A stretch of DNA of 63,869 nt, the filler included, from Anaerolineae bacterium (lineage in GTDB: Bacteria > Chloroflexota > Anaerolineae > Epilineales > Epilineaceae), in the NCBI GenBank assembly GCA_029262755.1. It is 7 parts of 7 records of this genome, joined end to end, with 100 filler letters (N's around TTAATTAATTAA, not from the genome) between each part and the next. Parts side by side here need not be neighbours in the genome. Positions count along the whole stretch, not along the records: positions 28,113 to 38,432 come from JAJCYU010000393.1; 6 more parts are not named here. One strand, written 5' to 3'. How positions within the stretch are numbered: the first letter of the stretch is position 1; every line of letters begins with the position of its first letter. Below, one piece after another: positions 28,113-36,619 of this stretch. Made by a program: the position numbers and the translations under genes. The notes beneath the pieces are model-generated. The model saw nothing but the letters and a program-made list of their open reading frames with translations. It had not been told where the DNA came from and did not search any database.

Positions 28113-29203
28113 ACCGCGGCCGCGGGGCCGACGCCCGTGCCCGTGCCGTCGAGCAGCACCGGATCGCGCACCCAGGTCAGGCCCGTCCCGACGTCGAGCA
28201 CCACGTTCTCCGCCGCCGTGTCGATGACGCCGTCGTCGCTCCATGCGTAGGCCTGCTCCTCGCCTGGACGCAGGTCGCCGTCGTCGCCGTTGCCGGAGCC
28301 CGGCTCGCCGCGGATCCCGAGATAGCCGACGGCCTGCCCCGTCCGGTGGATCGCGACGTCCGGCGCGGGGTCCGCTTCGATCGCGCCAAGCTCCTCGGCC
28401 GACATGACGCGCATCGGCCGCACGGAGAAGAGCGTGCTCTTGCCCCAGGGGTAGCGATGACCGTCGCGGACGTTCACGTAGAAGGCGTGCCAGACCGGCT
28501 GTGGCGTCGTCGTGGAGCTCCAGAAGTACGCGGACGGCAGCGTCTGGTAGTCTTCGGGGAAGGCGTGCGGATCCAGCGCCGGTTCGCTGAAGCCGAAGTC
28601 GATCAACGAGTCCAGCTCGTGCACGGTCGGCAGCCGCCAGTCATCGTGGCCGGCGTATTCGAGCGCCGCCGCGGCGTCGAGCGCCGCCTGCCAGTCCAAG
28701 CTCCGGTCCAGCCGCACGTTGCCGCGCTCGCCCACGCCGTCGACTCCGCTCAGCGCATCGAGCCGCCGCACCCACATCCGCCGCGTGCGCCGGTCCACGA
28801 CGACATTCTGCGCCTGCGTTGTCGGCGTGAGCACGTCCGCATGGACGAGCGCCGGCAGGCGCCCACGTACGGTATCGCCATCGTCCCCGTTGCCGTCCGC
28901 CGGCCGCCCGACATCGCCCACGAAGCCGCGCCCGACGCCGGTGATCGCCACGCGCGGGGGTGCGGACGGTATCGGATCACCCTGCGCCGCGACGGCGCGG
29001 GGCGCACGGGGATTGGTAGCATCGATGCGCGATGCTTGGCCGTCGACCGAGATCGAGGCGGGGATGCGGGCCGCCGTGGTGGCCGTGTGCGCGCCGGTCG
29101 TCGCGGCCGCAACCAAGCCGAGGGCGATTGCGATCCGCAGTCGACGCGCGCAGCGGCGGGAAGCGGTCGGACGTCTGTCGGACCAGCCCGTTGAAGGTGT
29201 CAT
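28113..29203 (-). CDS. Secreted protein with tandem DUF1566 (Lcl-type) domains, 3' end truncated by the contig
   Basis: VVDRRTRRMW, WQAAL, YAGHDDWRLPTVHELDSL, YFWSSTT, VRPMR; a second repeat begins TGQ...GDDGD...VLDVGTGLTW. Confidence 0.85.
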
Positions 29204-29470
29204 TACAACATGGTACGCCCTGCGCGTTGCGAGCGTGACCTGGAGCGTGTCACGAATTGAGCCAGTCACGAATGGCGCGCGATGCGCGTAGTTGCCGATG
29301 CGCCGGGTTTTCCGATGGAGGCTTATCCGGCATTCAGGGCGGGTCCCGCTGGGGCGGCGGGGCCCGCTCTTTAGGTCGGTGCGGGATCGCAGCGACCCGA
29401 AGACGGGAACGAGGTCCACGCGGACGACGGCCTACGTTCTCGTGGTCGTGTACGTAGGGAACCAACGAAG

Positions 29471-29501
29471 AAGGAGCGCGATCCCTGGGATCGCGCTCCT
29501 T
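29471..29501. terminator. Intrinsic terminator hairpin after the first DUF4397 gene
   Basis: Perfect inverted repeat AAGGAGCGCGATCCC-T-GGGATCGCGCTCCTT with T-rich flanks on both strands. Confidence 0.85.
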
Positions 29502-29598
29502 TTCTGCAACGGTTTCTAGCGTTCCCGCGGCCTTCGTTGTGCACCCAAACGTCAGTACGTTGGCGGCTTCCGATGCCCACGGGGATGCATCGAATGAG

Positions 29599-30405
29599 CT
29601 ACGCGCGAACCGCTTCGTAGCGCCGGCGGAATGCGCCGACACCGATCAGGACCGCGCCCGCGACCATCAGCATCAGCATCGCGTTGTTCGCGGCGCCCGT
29701 CTTGGGCAGGGTCTTCGGGGCGCTCATACCGTGGGCTGCATCGGCGCTCGCAACCGCCGTCAGCGCCGGCTCGCCGCCGGCCAGGCCCATGGCGAAGACC
29801 GTGTACACGGTTCCTTCGTCCAGCTTCACGCCGGGCACCGAAAGCGCCACGGTATCCGTGCCGGCCAAACGAACATCCAGGTCGTAGCTACCGGCGTCCA
29901 CGGGCGTGTAGTCGCCTGTGCCCTTGAACGAAACGTCGCTGAATAGGACCGGCCCACCATTGGCCACAACAATGTCGACGGCCGGAGCGTCGGGCGAGGC
30001 ATGTACGAAGCGAACGTGCGCCTTGCCCGCCGCCGGTGCCGCATTGTTGTCGACCAGCACGAGCGGCTCGATGTTCGCCAGCTCGCCGACGGCCACCACG
30101 GTGTAATCCATGCCGCCCTCGAGCGTGAGATCGGCGTCGATCACAACCGGCTCAGTGGCGCCGGACGGTACGACCTTGACGTTGTAGCCCTGGGCCTCGA
30201 GAGTCGCGTAGTCGGTGACGCCCTTGAAGGTCGCATTCGAGAATGCCACGCTGTCATCGACAAGGACGTCCACAGCGGGGCCGTCCGGCGACGCATGGAC
30301 GACGCGCACGCGCGCCTCGTGTCCGGCGGCGTCGACTACGCCGGCTTGGGCAGCGCCAAGACCGAGTACAGCAAGGGTGATCAGCAGGATGGAGAGACGA
30401 TTCAT
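29599..30405 (-). CDS. DUF4397 domain protein with LPXTG sorting signal
   Basis: Signal peptide; two RVVHASPDxPAVD repeats; C-terminal LPKTG + TM helix + RRR tail; GAGGAG RBS. Confidence 0.9.
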   Translation of the reverse strand: MNRLSILLITLAVLGLGAAQAGVVDAAGHEARVRVVHASPDGPAVDVLVDDSVAFSNATFKGVTDYATLEAQGYNVKVVPSGATEPVVIDADLTLEGGMDYTVVAVGELANIEPLVLVDNNAAPAAGKAHVRFVHASPDAPAVDIVVANGGPVLFSDVSFKGTGDYTPVDAGSYDLDVRLAGTDTVALSVPGVKLDEGTVYTVFAMGLAGGEPALTAVASADAAHGMSAPKTLPKTGAANNAMLMLMVAGAVLIGVGAFRRRYEAVRA

Positions 30406-30520
30406 GATGGGTGAAACTCCTCGTATGGCTGTGCGCGTCCGGCGATCCACAACGGAGCACCGTGTGCAGGGAGCACGGTTTGGGGATGCCTCACCAAAGC
30501 ACTTCGACCTTGGCACGGGG

Positions 30521-30564
30521 AGTGTAGGGAATATTCATTAGTTTGTCAAGGTTTTGACCAGAAT
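30521..30564 (-). promoter_or_regulatory. sigma70 promoter of the DUF4397-LPXTG gene overlapped by CarH-type operator repeats
   Basis: TTGACA (30544-30549)-17 bp-TACACT (30521-30526); contiguous 11-mers ATTCTGGTCAA / AACCTTGACAA. Confidence 0.7.
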
Positions 30565-30851
30565 TGCTAGTCAATAGCTGATCTGCGGAGCGTCGGGTGC
30601 AAGGTCCGGCGCATGTTCTCTGGACAAAGGCTTCGGTCCAATGGGGTGGAGAAGGGGCTCATCGACCGGTGAAACCACACGATCGCAGCAGCCTGACAGC
30701 ATCCCGCGGGCCAGTTTGTCGAAGTCTAGGCATGCCTTGGCCTAGATTCCGTCAAGGTATTGTATACTTTCGCCTGGACGCGCTGGAGGTGCCTCGACGC
30801 GAGCCCTCCACTCCCGGCGCGCGCCGGAATGCCGAATCCATGGAGATCGTG

Positions 30852-31826
30852 ATGAGCACGACGCAGATGCATGCCGGCGACGATACGGCGCTTTACAACA
30901 TCGGCGTGGTCTCCCGCATGACCGGAATCCCGGTCGCCACGCTTCGGGTGTGGGAACGCCGGTACGGCTTTCCGGAATCCGAGAGGACGAAGGGGGGCCA
31001 CCGCATCTATTCGGGCCGCGAGGTAGATCGCCTCCGGTGGGTCAAAGAGCGCGTGGATTCCGGCATGCAGGCGGGGCGGGCGGTCAAAGCGCTCCACCAC
31101 CACGAGACGCACGAGGCCGGCGAGCGAGAGCAACGCGCGTCGACGACGCCCACCATTGCTCGTGATCGCCCCGTGGGCGCGACGGCCCTCGCGTCCCTCC
31201 AAGAACGCTTCGCCCAGGCTGTGTTGGCGCACGACCCCGCGCTTGCCGATCAGGTGTTGGCTGAGGTGCTCACGATCGTCCCGGTCGAGGACGTCATCCT
31301 GCATGTCATTCGTCCGACGCTCGTGGCCCTAGGTCAGGGTTGGGTGGCGGGAGAGGTTTCGGTAGCGACTGAGCACCTGGCGTCCTACTACATTCGACAA
31401 AAGCTGCTCTCGTGGCTGGCCACCGGTACCAACGCCCGCAACGCACCGTCGACCGTCCTGGCCTGCGCGCCGGACGATTGGCACGAGATCGGCCTCCTGA
31501 TGTTGGGGGTTCTGGTCTCGCGCCAGGGTTGGCCGATCCTGTACCTCGGCCCCGCGGTTCCGCTGCCCGACCTCGCGAAGTTCGTGCGCGATTCCCGACC
31601 CGCCGCCGTCGTCCTGGTCTCGACGGCCGCAGAATCGGCTGAGCCGCTCCGCGAGTGGCCGACGCACATGCCGTCGGTGGCAAGCAGCGGCACGCCACCC
31701 GTGTTCTTCGCGGGGCGCGGTTTCGCACTCCGCCCGGACCTGATCGAGTCCATGCCGGGGCAGTACCTCGGCGACTCGATCGAGATGGGCGTGGAGAGGC
31801 TCGTCGCGGCCCTGGCAAGGGGCTAG
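30852..31826 (+). CDS. carH: CarH/LitR-type MerR-HTH + cobalamin-binding photoreceptor/repressor
   Basis: MerR HTH YNIGVVSRMTGIPVATLRVWERRYG...GGHRIY; W-x9-EH (WVAGEVSVATEH); DWHEIG B12 motif; YLGPAVP. Confidence 0.9.
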   Translation: MSTTQMHAGDDTALYNIGVVSRMTGIPVATLRVWERRYGFPESERTKGGHRIYSGREVDRLRWVKERVDSGMQAGRAVKALHHHETHEAGEREQRASTTPTIARDRPVGATALASLQERFAQAVLAHDPALADQVLAEVLTIVPVEDVILHVIRPTLVALGQGWVAGEVSVATEHLASYYIRQKLLSWLATGTNARNAPSTVLACAPDDWHEIGLLMLGVLVSRQGWPILYLGPAVPLPDLAKFVRDSRPAAVVLVSTAAESAEPLREWPTHMPSVASSGTPPVFFAGRGFALRPDLIESMPGQYLGDSIEMGVERLVAALARG

Positions 31827-31954
31827 GGTAACTTCGTCCGCCTTTCCCGTTTCGAACGTACAGCGATCCCGGCAAACGTACGGCAAGATCGTGGCAACGT
31901 AGAGCCGAGATCCAACTCGCTACTCGAGGTGTTTCCAGGGGTGGCGCACGATGA

Positions 31955-31991
31955 GAAGGGCCGGAGCCGTGAATCGTGGCTCCGGCCCTTC
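31955..31991. terminator. Bidirectional terminator hairpin between convergent carH and DUF4397 genes
   Basis: GAAGGGCCGGAGCC...GGCTCCGGCCCTTC 14-bp inverted repeat. Confidence 0.8.
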
Positions 31992-32045
31992 GTTCGATTG
32001 CCCCCCGCCGTCGACGGCGAGCCGGCTACGCGCTACCTACCCACA

Positions 32046-32741
32046 CTACCCGTCGACGGTCACCAGGGCGTCGAGGTCGCGCAGCATGTTCACCGCCCAC
32101 ACCGTAACGGCCGTACGTCCGGGCAGCTGGGTATCGGGAAGGGCAAGGGCGACGGTGTCTGTGCCGCTTACAACGGCGCGCACGTCGTACTTCAGCGCCG
32201 GTAGCACGAGATAGCTCGAACTCTCGCCGAAGCGAAGTTCGGGAATCAGCGTAATCCACCTGTCAAAGAGTTGGACTTGGATATCGACAGGCGGAGCATC
32301 CGGACTGGTATGCGCAACGCGGAGGCGGCTCAGGACGCGCCACCACGGACCGCCGCGGTCACGATAGACCCTTGCCTGCAGCGCGTTGCCACCCGACCCG
32401 CTCAGCGAACCTATGGCCGCGACGGTCAGGGCACTGCGGCCGACGGTAACGTTCGCGGAAAGCGCCGCGGGATCGGACGCAGAGGAGGGCGCTACCTTGA
32501 TCTCGATCGCGTACTCGCCGGCGGGAAGGTCGATGTAGGCGCTCAGATCACCGTAACGCACGCCTTCGAGGGTCTGCTCGTCGTTGACCCAGATGTCGAC
32601 GGCCGGGGTGTCCGGCGAGTTGTGGAATGCACGGATCTTCCCCGTGCTGCCGCCGTATGCCTCCGCCGACGAGCTGAACGCGAGACCGACCAGAAGGGCG
32701 GCGACAAGTGCGAGCGATATCCTTCGGATACATGTGTTCAT
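32046..32741 (-). CDS. Secreted DUF4397 domain protein (no LPXTG)
   Basis: Signal peptide ending AEA; IRAFHNSPDTPAVD and LRVAHTSPDAPPVD repeats; GAGGTG RBS. Confidence 0.9.
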   Translation of the reverse strand: MNTCIRRISLALVAALLVGLAFSSSAEAYGGSTGKIRAFHNSPDTPAVDIWVNDEQTLEGVRYGDLSAYIDLPAGEYAIEIKVAPSSASDPAALSANVTVGRSALTVAAIGSLSGSGGNALQARVYRDRGGPWWRVLSRLRVAHTSPDAPPVDIQVQLFDRWITLIPELRFGESSSYLVLPALKYDVRAVVSGTDTVALALPDTQLPGRTAVTVWAVNMLRDLDALVTVDG

Positions 32742-32848
32742 AGCTATGGTCACCTCGTGGGGTGGCCCGAATCGAGCGAACGTAGCCTGATCGAGCCGAG
32801 CGCGGGAGTCGTCAACCCGATCGGAGACGCTGTCGGATCGTTGACTGC

Positions 32849-32902
32849 TTGTCCAGATATTGTACAGATAATCAGGACGCCTGTCTAGTATTTGCCTAAC
32901 TG
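32849..32902 (-). promoter_or_regulatory. sigma70 promoter of the second DUF4397 gene overlapped by CarH-type operator repeats
   Basis: TAGACA (32882-32887)-17 bp-TACAAT (32859-32864); tandem 11-mers TATCTGTACAA / TATCTGGACAA and CAGTTAGGCAA / ATACTAGACAG. Confidence 0.75.
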
Positions 32903-33268
32903 TGCCTGCTCGAGCTTTGTGCTAGGGCTGGTACGGCTCGGTATCGGTCGAGATCTTCCGTGCCGAGAATCGCGGGTCCGCTCCGAGCTCGCCATGGGTG
33001 TTTCTCGCACAAACCACCATGAGCTTCTTCGTGGGGAGGGCAACGGAACGCCCAACCTCTTGGCTCTGCCCGCCACGTGGGCCCGCACGATCCGTTTCGC
33101 TTCCTAGTCGGCTCTCGTCGAGCCGGCTCGCCTTCGCATCGGCACATTGTTTCTGGGGGGCGTGTCGACCCAGGCGATGGACGGTCTCAGTCTCGACGAC
33201 CGGGCGGCATCGAAGGGGGAGCGCTCGCTTCCTCTACCGGGCCACGCCAATCCATTCCGTACGGGCGA

Positions 33269-34231
33269 CTAAATCACGCTGCGGATCAGGACGCTTACGT
33301 AGACTAGAAAACCACCCACCAGCGCTAGCCCTTCGACGCGGTTGATGCGCCGGCCGGAGTGCATCATCGGAAAGATGATCACCGAGGCGGCGACCATCCA
33401 CCAGATGTCGCGCGCCAGGATGGCATCCGGGATGGAGAGCGGAACCATCACTGCCGTGGCACCGGCGATGCCGAGCACGTTGAAGATGTTCGAGCCCACG
33501 ACGTTCCCGATGGCAATGTCCGCTTGCCCGCGCCGGGCGGCTACGAGCGACGTGACGAGCTCCGGCGTACTCGTTCCCGCCGCGACGATCGTCAGCCCGA
33601 CGACCACATCCGACACCCCGAGACCCGTAGCGATCGCCACGGCTCCACGGACAAGGAGCGTCGAACCGAGCGCAAGAAGGCCGATCCCGAGCAGGATCGC
33701 GAACACGTTGAGCCCGACTGCCGCGATGCCATGGCGGCCGAACGATGCCGTGGCGAGGTCGCCTTCCTCCGGCGACCCATCTCCTTCAACGGTTCGCCCA
33801 ATCCAGACGACGTAGGCGACGAATGCGATCAGGGCGGCGAGGAGGAAACTGCCCTCGACCCGATCGAGGATGCCATCACGGGAGAGGAGGTGGAGCTGGA
33901 GCGCGGCAAGGAGCATCACGGGCCACTCGAGCCGGAGCGTGCTGCCCTGGATCCGGAGCGGGATCAAGATGGCGGTCACGCCGAGGATCATGCCGATGTT
34001 GAAGATGTTCGAGCCCACGACGTTGCCGATGGAGATGCCGACGTTCCCACGCGTCGCCGATTGGATGGAGACCACGAGCTCCGGCGTGCTCGTCCCCGCC
34101 GCGACGATCGTCAAGCCGACCACAGCCGGCGTGATCTTGGCGAGGAGCGCAAGACCGCTCGCGCCGCGAACCAGGGCCTCACCGCCTGCAACAAGCCCGG
34201 CGAGGCCGACTGCAATGAGGATCCACTCCAT
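33269..34231 (-). CDS. Calcium/sodium antiporter (YrbG/CaCA family)
   Basis: Duplicated alpha repeats [14 protein letters not shown] and [11 protein letters not shown]. Confidence 0.95.
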   Translation of the reverse strand: MEWILIAVGLAGLVAGGEALVRGASGLALLAKITPAVVGLTIVAAGTSTPELVVSIQSATRGNVGISIGNVVGSNIFNIGMILGVTAILIPLRIQGSTLRLEWPVMLLAALQLHLLSRDGILDRVEGSFLLAALIAFVAYVVWIGRTVEGDGSPEEGDLATASFGRHGIAAVGLNVFAILLGIGLLALGSTLLVRGAVAIATGLGVSDVVVGLTIVAAGTSTPELVTSLVAARRGQADIAIGNVVGSNIFNVLGIAGATAVMVPLSIPDAILARDIWWMVAASVIIFPMMHSGRRINRVEGLALVGGFLVYVSVLIRSVI

Positions 34232-34704
34232 GGCAAGGGTTTCTCCTGGCGCGTACGTTCAACGCCATCATGGACGAGCCGGCTGTAACCTGTGACAGCC
34301 GCACAATAGCCGACCCTCTACCTATCGCTTCAACGACGCTACTGCCGATCATGATTTCACGTTGTATCTCGAAGCCGAGATTCGGCCGGTGCGTGACCCG
34401 TTTCCTCGCAGTTCGGTCGTGGGCCCGGTCAACGCGACATCGTCCGTTGCACGTCGACCAACGTGAGTGCGCGAACAGAGGTGCAGCCGGAGCAACGCGA
34501 CCTGACATAGGTTGACGACGAGTTTCCACTCTCCGTCTTCGCGAAACGCCATCTCACACCCTTCCAGCCCCATTTCCCAACCCCCGAGCCAGCGCCGCAT
34601 ATCGCCCATCCCGCGTCCGCCGCTATGCTCCGGTTCTTCGCGAGCGACCCTCGATCCGACACCAACGGATCGCCGCCCGCGCCCCAGCCCACGAGGCACG
34701 CCCC

Positions 34705-35655
34705 ATGCCCCAGCCACGCTACTCGGCACGCGCGCAGGATTTCGGCTGGCTCTTCCTGACAGCCGCGTGTTGGGGGCCATCGTTCCTGTTCATCAAGGTC
34801 GCGATCAACGGCGGAATGCCGCCCGCCAGCATCGCGACGATCCGGGTCCTGCTCGGCACGGTTGCAATGGTCGCCGTGCTCTATGCGCGTGGACAACGCC
34901 TCCCACGTGACCGCGAGACGTGGCTTGTCATGGCGCCGATGGGCGTCTTCGCGACCGCCGTGCCCTTCTTGCTCTTCACCTGGGGCGAGGTCCACGCCGA
35001 CAGCGGTCTTGCCTCGATCCTCAACGGCACCACGCCGATCTTCACGGTGCTCATCGCCCATCTCTTCTTGGCCGACGAGCAGCTCAGCGCGCGCAAGGGG
35101 CTGGGCCTGTTCCTAGGCTTCTTGGGCATCGCGCTGACCTTCTCCCCCAAGATCGGCGACGCGTTCGCCGCGGTGGATGGAAGCACCGCGCCGCTGTGGG
35201 GGCTGGCTGCCTTCCTGACGGCCGCGGCCTGCTACGGCGGCTCCACCGTATACGCCCGACGTCGCCTGATGCGCCTACCGCCGCTCATGGCGCCCACGCT
35301 CCAGCTGATCATCGCAAGTGCCGTGATGCTGCCGGTCACCTGGTGGTGGGACTGGCCCCTCACGGCGGCACCGACGCCCACCGCATGGGCCTCGGTGGCC
35401 TTCCTGGCCTTCGTCGGCACGGCAGCGGCCTACGTGGCCTTCTACACCGTCATCGCTCGGACAAGCGCCACGTTCGCGTCGCTGGTGACCTATCTCTTGC
35501 CGCCGGTCGGCATCGCGCTCGGCGTGCTGGTGCTGGGCGAGGTCGTAGGCTGGGAAGAGATCGTGGGCTGCACGCTGATCATTACCGGCGTCGCGGTGGT
35601 GTCGAGCCGGAGGGCGGTGGAGGTTCCTGCCGCGGACGATGGTTCGGAGGGCTAG
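34705..35655 (+). CDS. EamA/DMT family transporter
   Basis: WGPSFLFIKVA, SGLASILNGTTPIF, SLVTYLLPPV; about 10 TM helices. Confidence 0.9.
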   Translation: MPQPRYSARAQDFGWLFLTAACWGPSFLFIKVAINGGMPPASIATIRVLLGTVAMVAVLYARGQRLPRDRETWLVMAPMGVFATAVPFLLFTWGEVHADSGLASILNGTTPIFTVLIAHLFLADEQLSARKGLGLFLGFLGIALTFSPKIGDAFAAVDGSTAPLWGLAAFLTAAACYGGSTVYARRRLMRLPPLMAPTLQLIIASAVMLPVTWWWDWPLTAAPTPTAWASVAFLAFVGTAAAYVAFYTVIARTSATFASLVTYLLPPVGIALGVLVLGEVVGWEEIVGCTLIITGVAVVSSRRAVEVPAADDGSEG

Positions 35656-35738
35656 GTCGCCCATCCAGCCTGCATTTGCCGTCGCAAGCCAGCGCACACG
35701 CTCCAATCAACGTTGGACGCGGCTCACCGCTCTTCTTG

Positions 35739-36131
35739 TCACCGAGCAACGCGCAGGCCCAGATGCTCCTCAAACGGGTCGAAGTCGCGGTCGTCGTGCA
35801 GCAGCGTGAGGTCGTGCTCGATCGCGTACGTGGCGATCAGGCAGTCGATCGTCTTGCGCACCGTGATGCCGCGTTTGCGTAGCCGGCGGACGTTGCGGGC
35901 GCTCTGAAGCGCCATACGCTGCCCGCCGGAGGCCAGACACGGGAACCGCATCATGGCGTCGCGAGCCTCGTCGAAATGGGCGTCGCGGCGGAAACCCTGG
36001 AGGACCTCTGTTAGGACTAGGTCCAACACGGCGAGCTCGCGCGTGCCAAGGGCTGCATCAAGACGATCCGTACGTGGGGTCTGGGTGCCGGCGAAATAGT
36101 CGATCCAAACCGAAGAATCAACGATCCACAT
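35739..36131 (-). CDS. vapC: VapC PIN-domain toxin
   Basis: IVDSSVWIDYF, EVLQG, RKTIDCLIA, LLHDDRDF acidic PIN residues. Confidence 0.93.
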   Translation of the reverse strand: MWIVDSSVWIDYFAGTQTPRTDRLDAALGTRELAVLDLVLTEVLQGFRRDAHFDEARDAMMRFPCLASGGQRMALQSARNVRRLRKRGITVRKTIDCLIATYAIEHDLTLLHDDRDFDPFEEHLGLRVAR

Positions 36132-36330
36132 CGACGAAGCGGTCCGTGCGCATGGCATCGAGATCGCCGTCCCATGGCAGCCGTCCACGGAGCTTGCGCA
36201 CCCCGGCCTGCCTGCGCATGCGAACGAGCGTGCGTAGCGCTTCGTGCACAACCGCACGCTTCGTGGGCAAGCCGGCGAGGGCCATGGCCTCCGCGACCAA
36301 ATCGTCGTCGAGCACAATGTTTGTACGCAT
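36118..36330 (-). CDS. vapB: VapB antitoxin (RHH, DUF2191-type)
   Basis: MRTNIVLDDDLVAEAM...TKRAVVHEAL...LRGRLPWDGDLDAMR; overlaps the vapC start. Confidence 0.92.
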   Translation of the reverse strand: MRTNIVLDDDLVAEAMALAGLPTKRAVVHEALRTLVRMRRQAGVRKLRGRLPWDGDLDAMRTDRFVDVDR

Positions 36331-36430
36331 TAGGCGCTCCGTTCGGCGAGACCGTGGAGAAGTCGTCCGGCGACCGAGCCTCGTGAGAGTTCAGGCAGGC
36401 GCTTCATCAAGCTACCTGCGCGACTCGGCT

Positions 36431-36467
36431 ATGTGTATAGATTATTGATACGATGTGTATAGGTCAA
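36431..36467 (-). promoter_or_regulatory. Probable vapBC promoter/operator
   Basis: TTGACC (36462-36467)-17 bp-TAATCT (36439-36444); CTATACACAT direct repeat twice, 22 bp apart. Confidence 0.65.
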
Positions 36468-36475
36468 TACCCCGT

Positions 36476-36510
36476 GCGCCCCGATTGCGCCCCGATTGCG
36501 CCCCGATTGC
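36476..36510. repeat. 11-bp tandem repeat x3
   Basis: GCGCCCCGATT repeated three times. Confidence 0.8.
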
Positions 36511-36619
36511 ATCGTCGCTCCGCCAGCCGCCGCCCCCCATCCGACTCTCGTTTCTGGACCCAACCCCGGCCATCCGATATCTGTTCGGCCTGCCGCCTTG
36601 CCCGCCAACGGACCCAACG

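Noticed and set aside
34465..34525. Integron attC-like site (GCTGCAC...GTTCGCGC on the minus strand)
   Set aside because: No complementary R''/R' pair or extended imperfect palindrome, and no integron integrase in the window
36452..36461. GATGTGTATA resembling the Tn5/Nextera mosaic end
   Set aside because: The match stops after 10 bp, is mid-contig and is part of the duplicated vapBC operator-like motif
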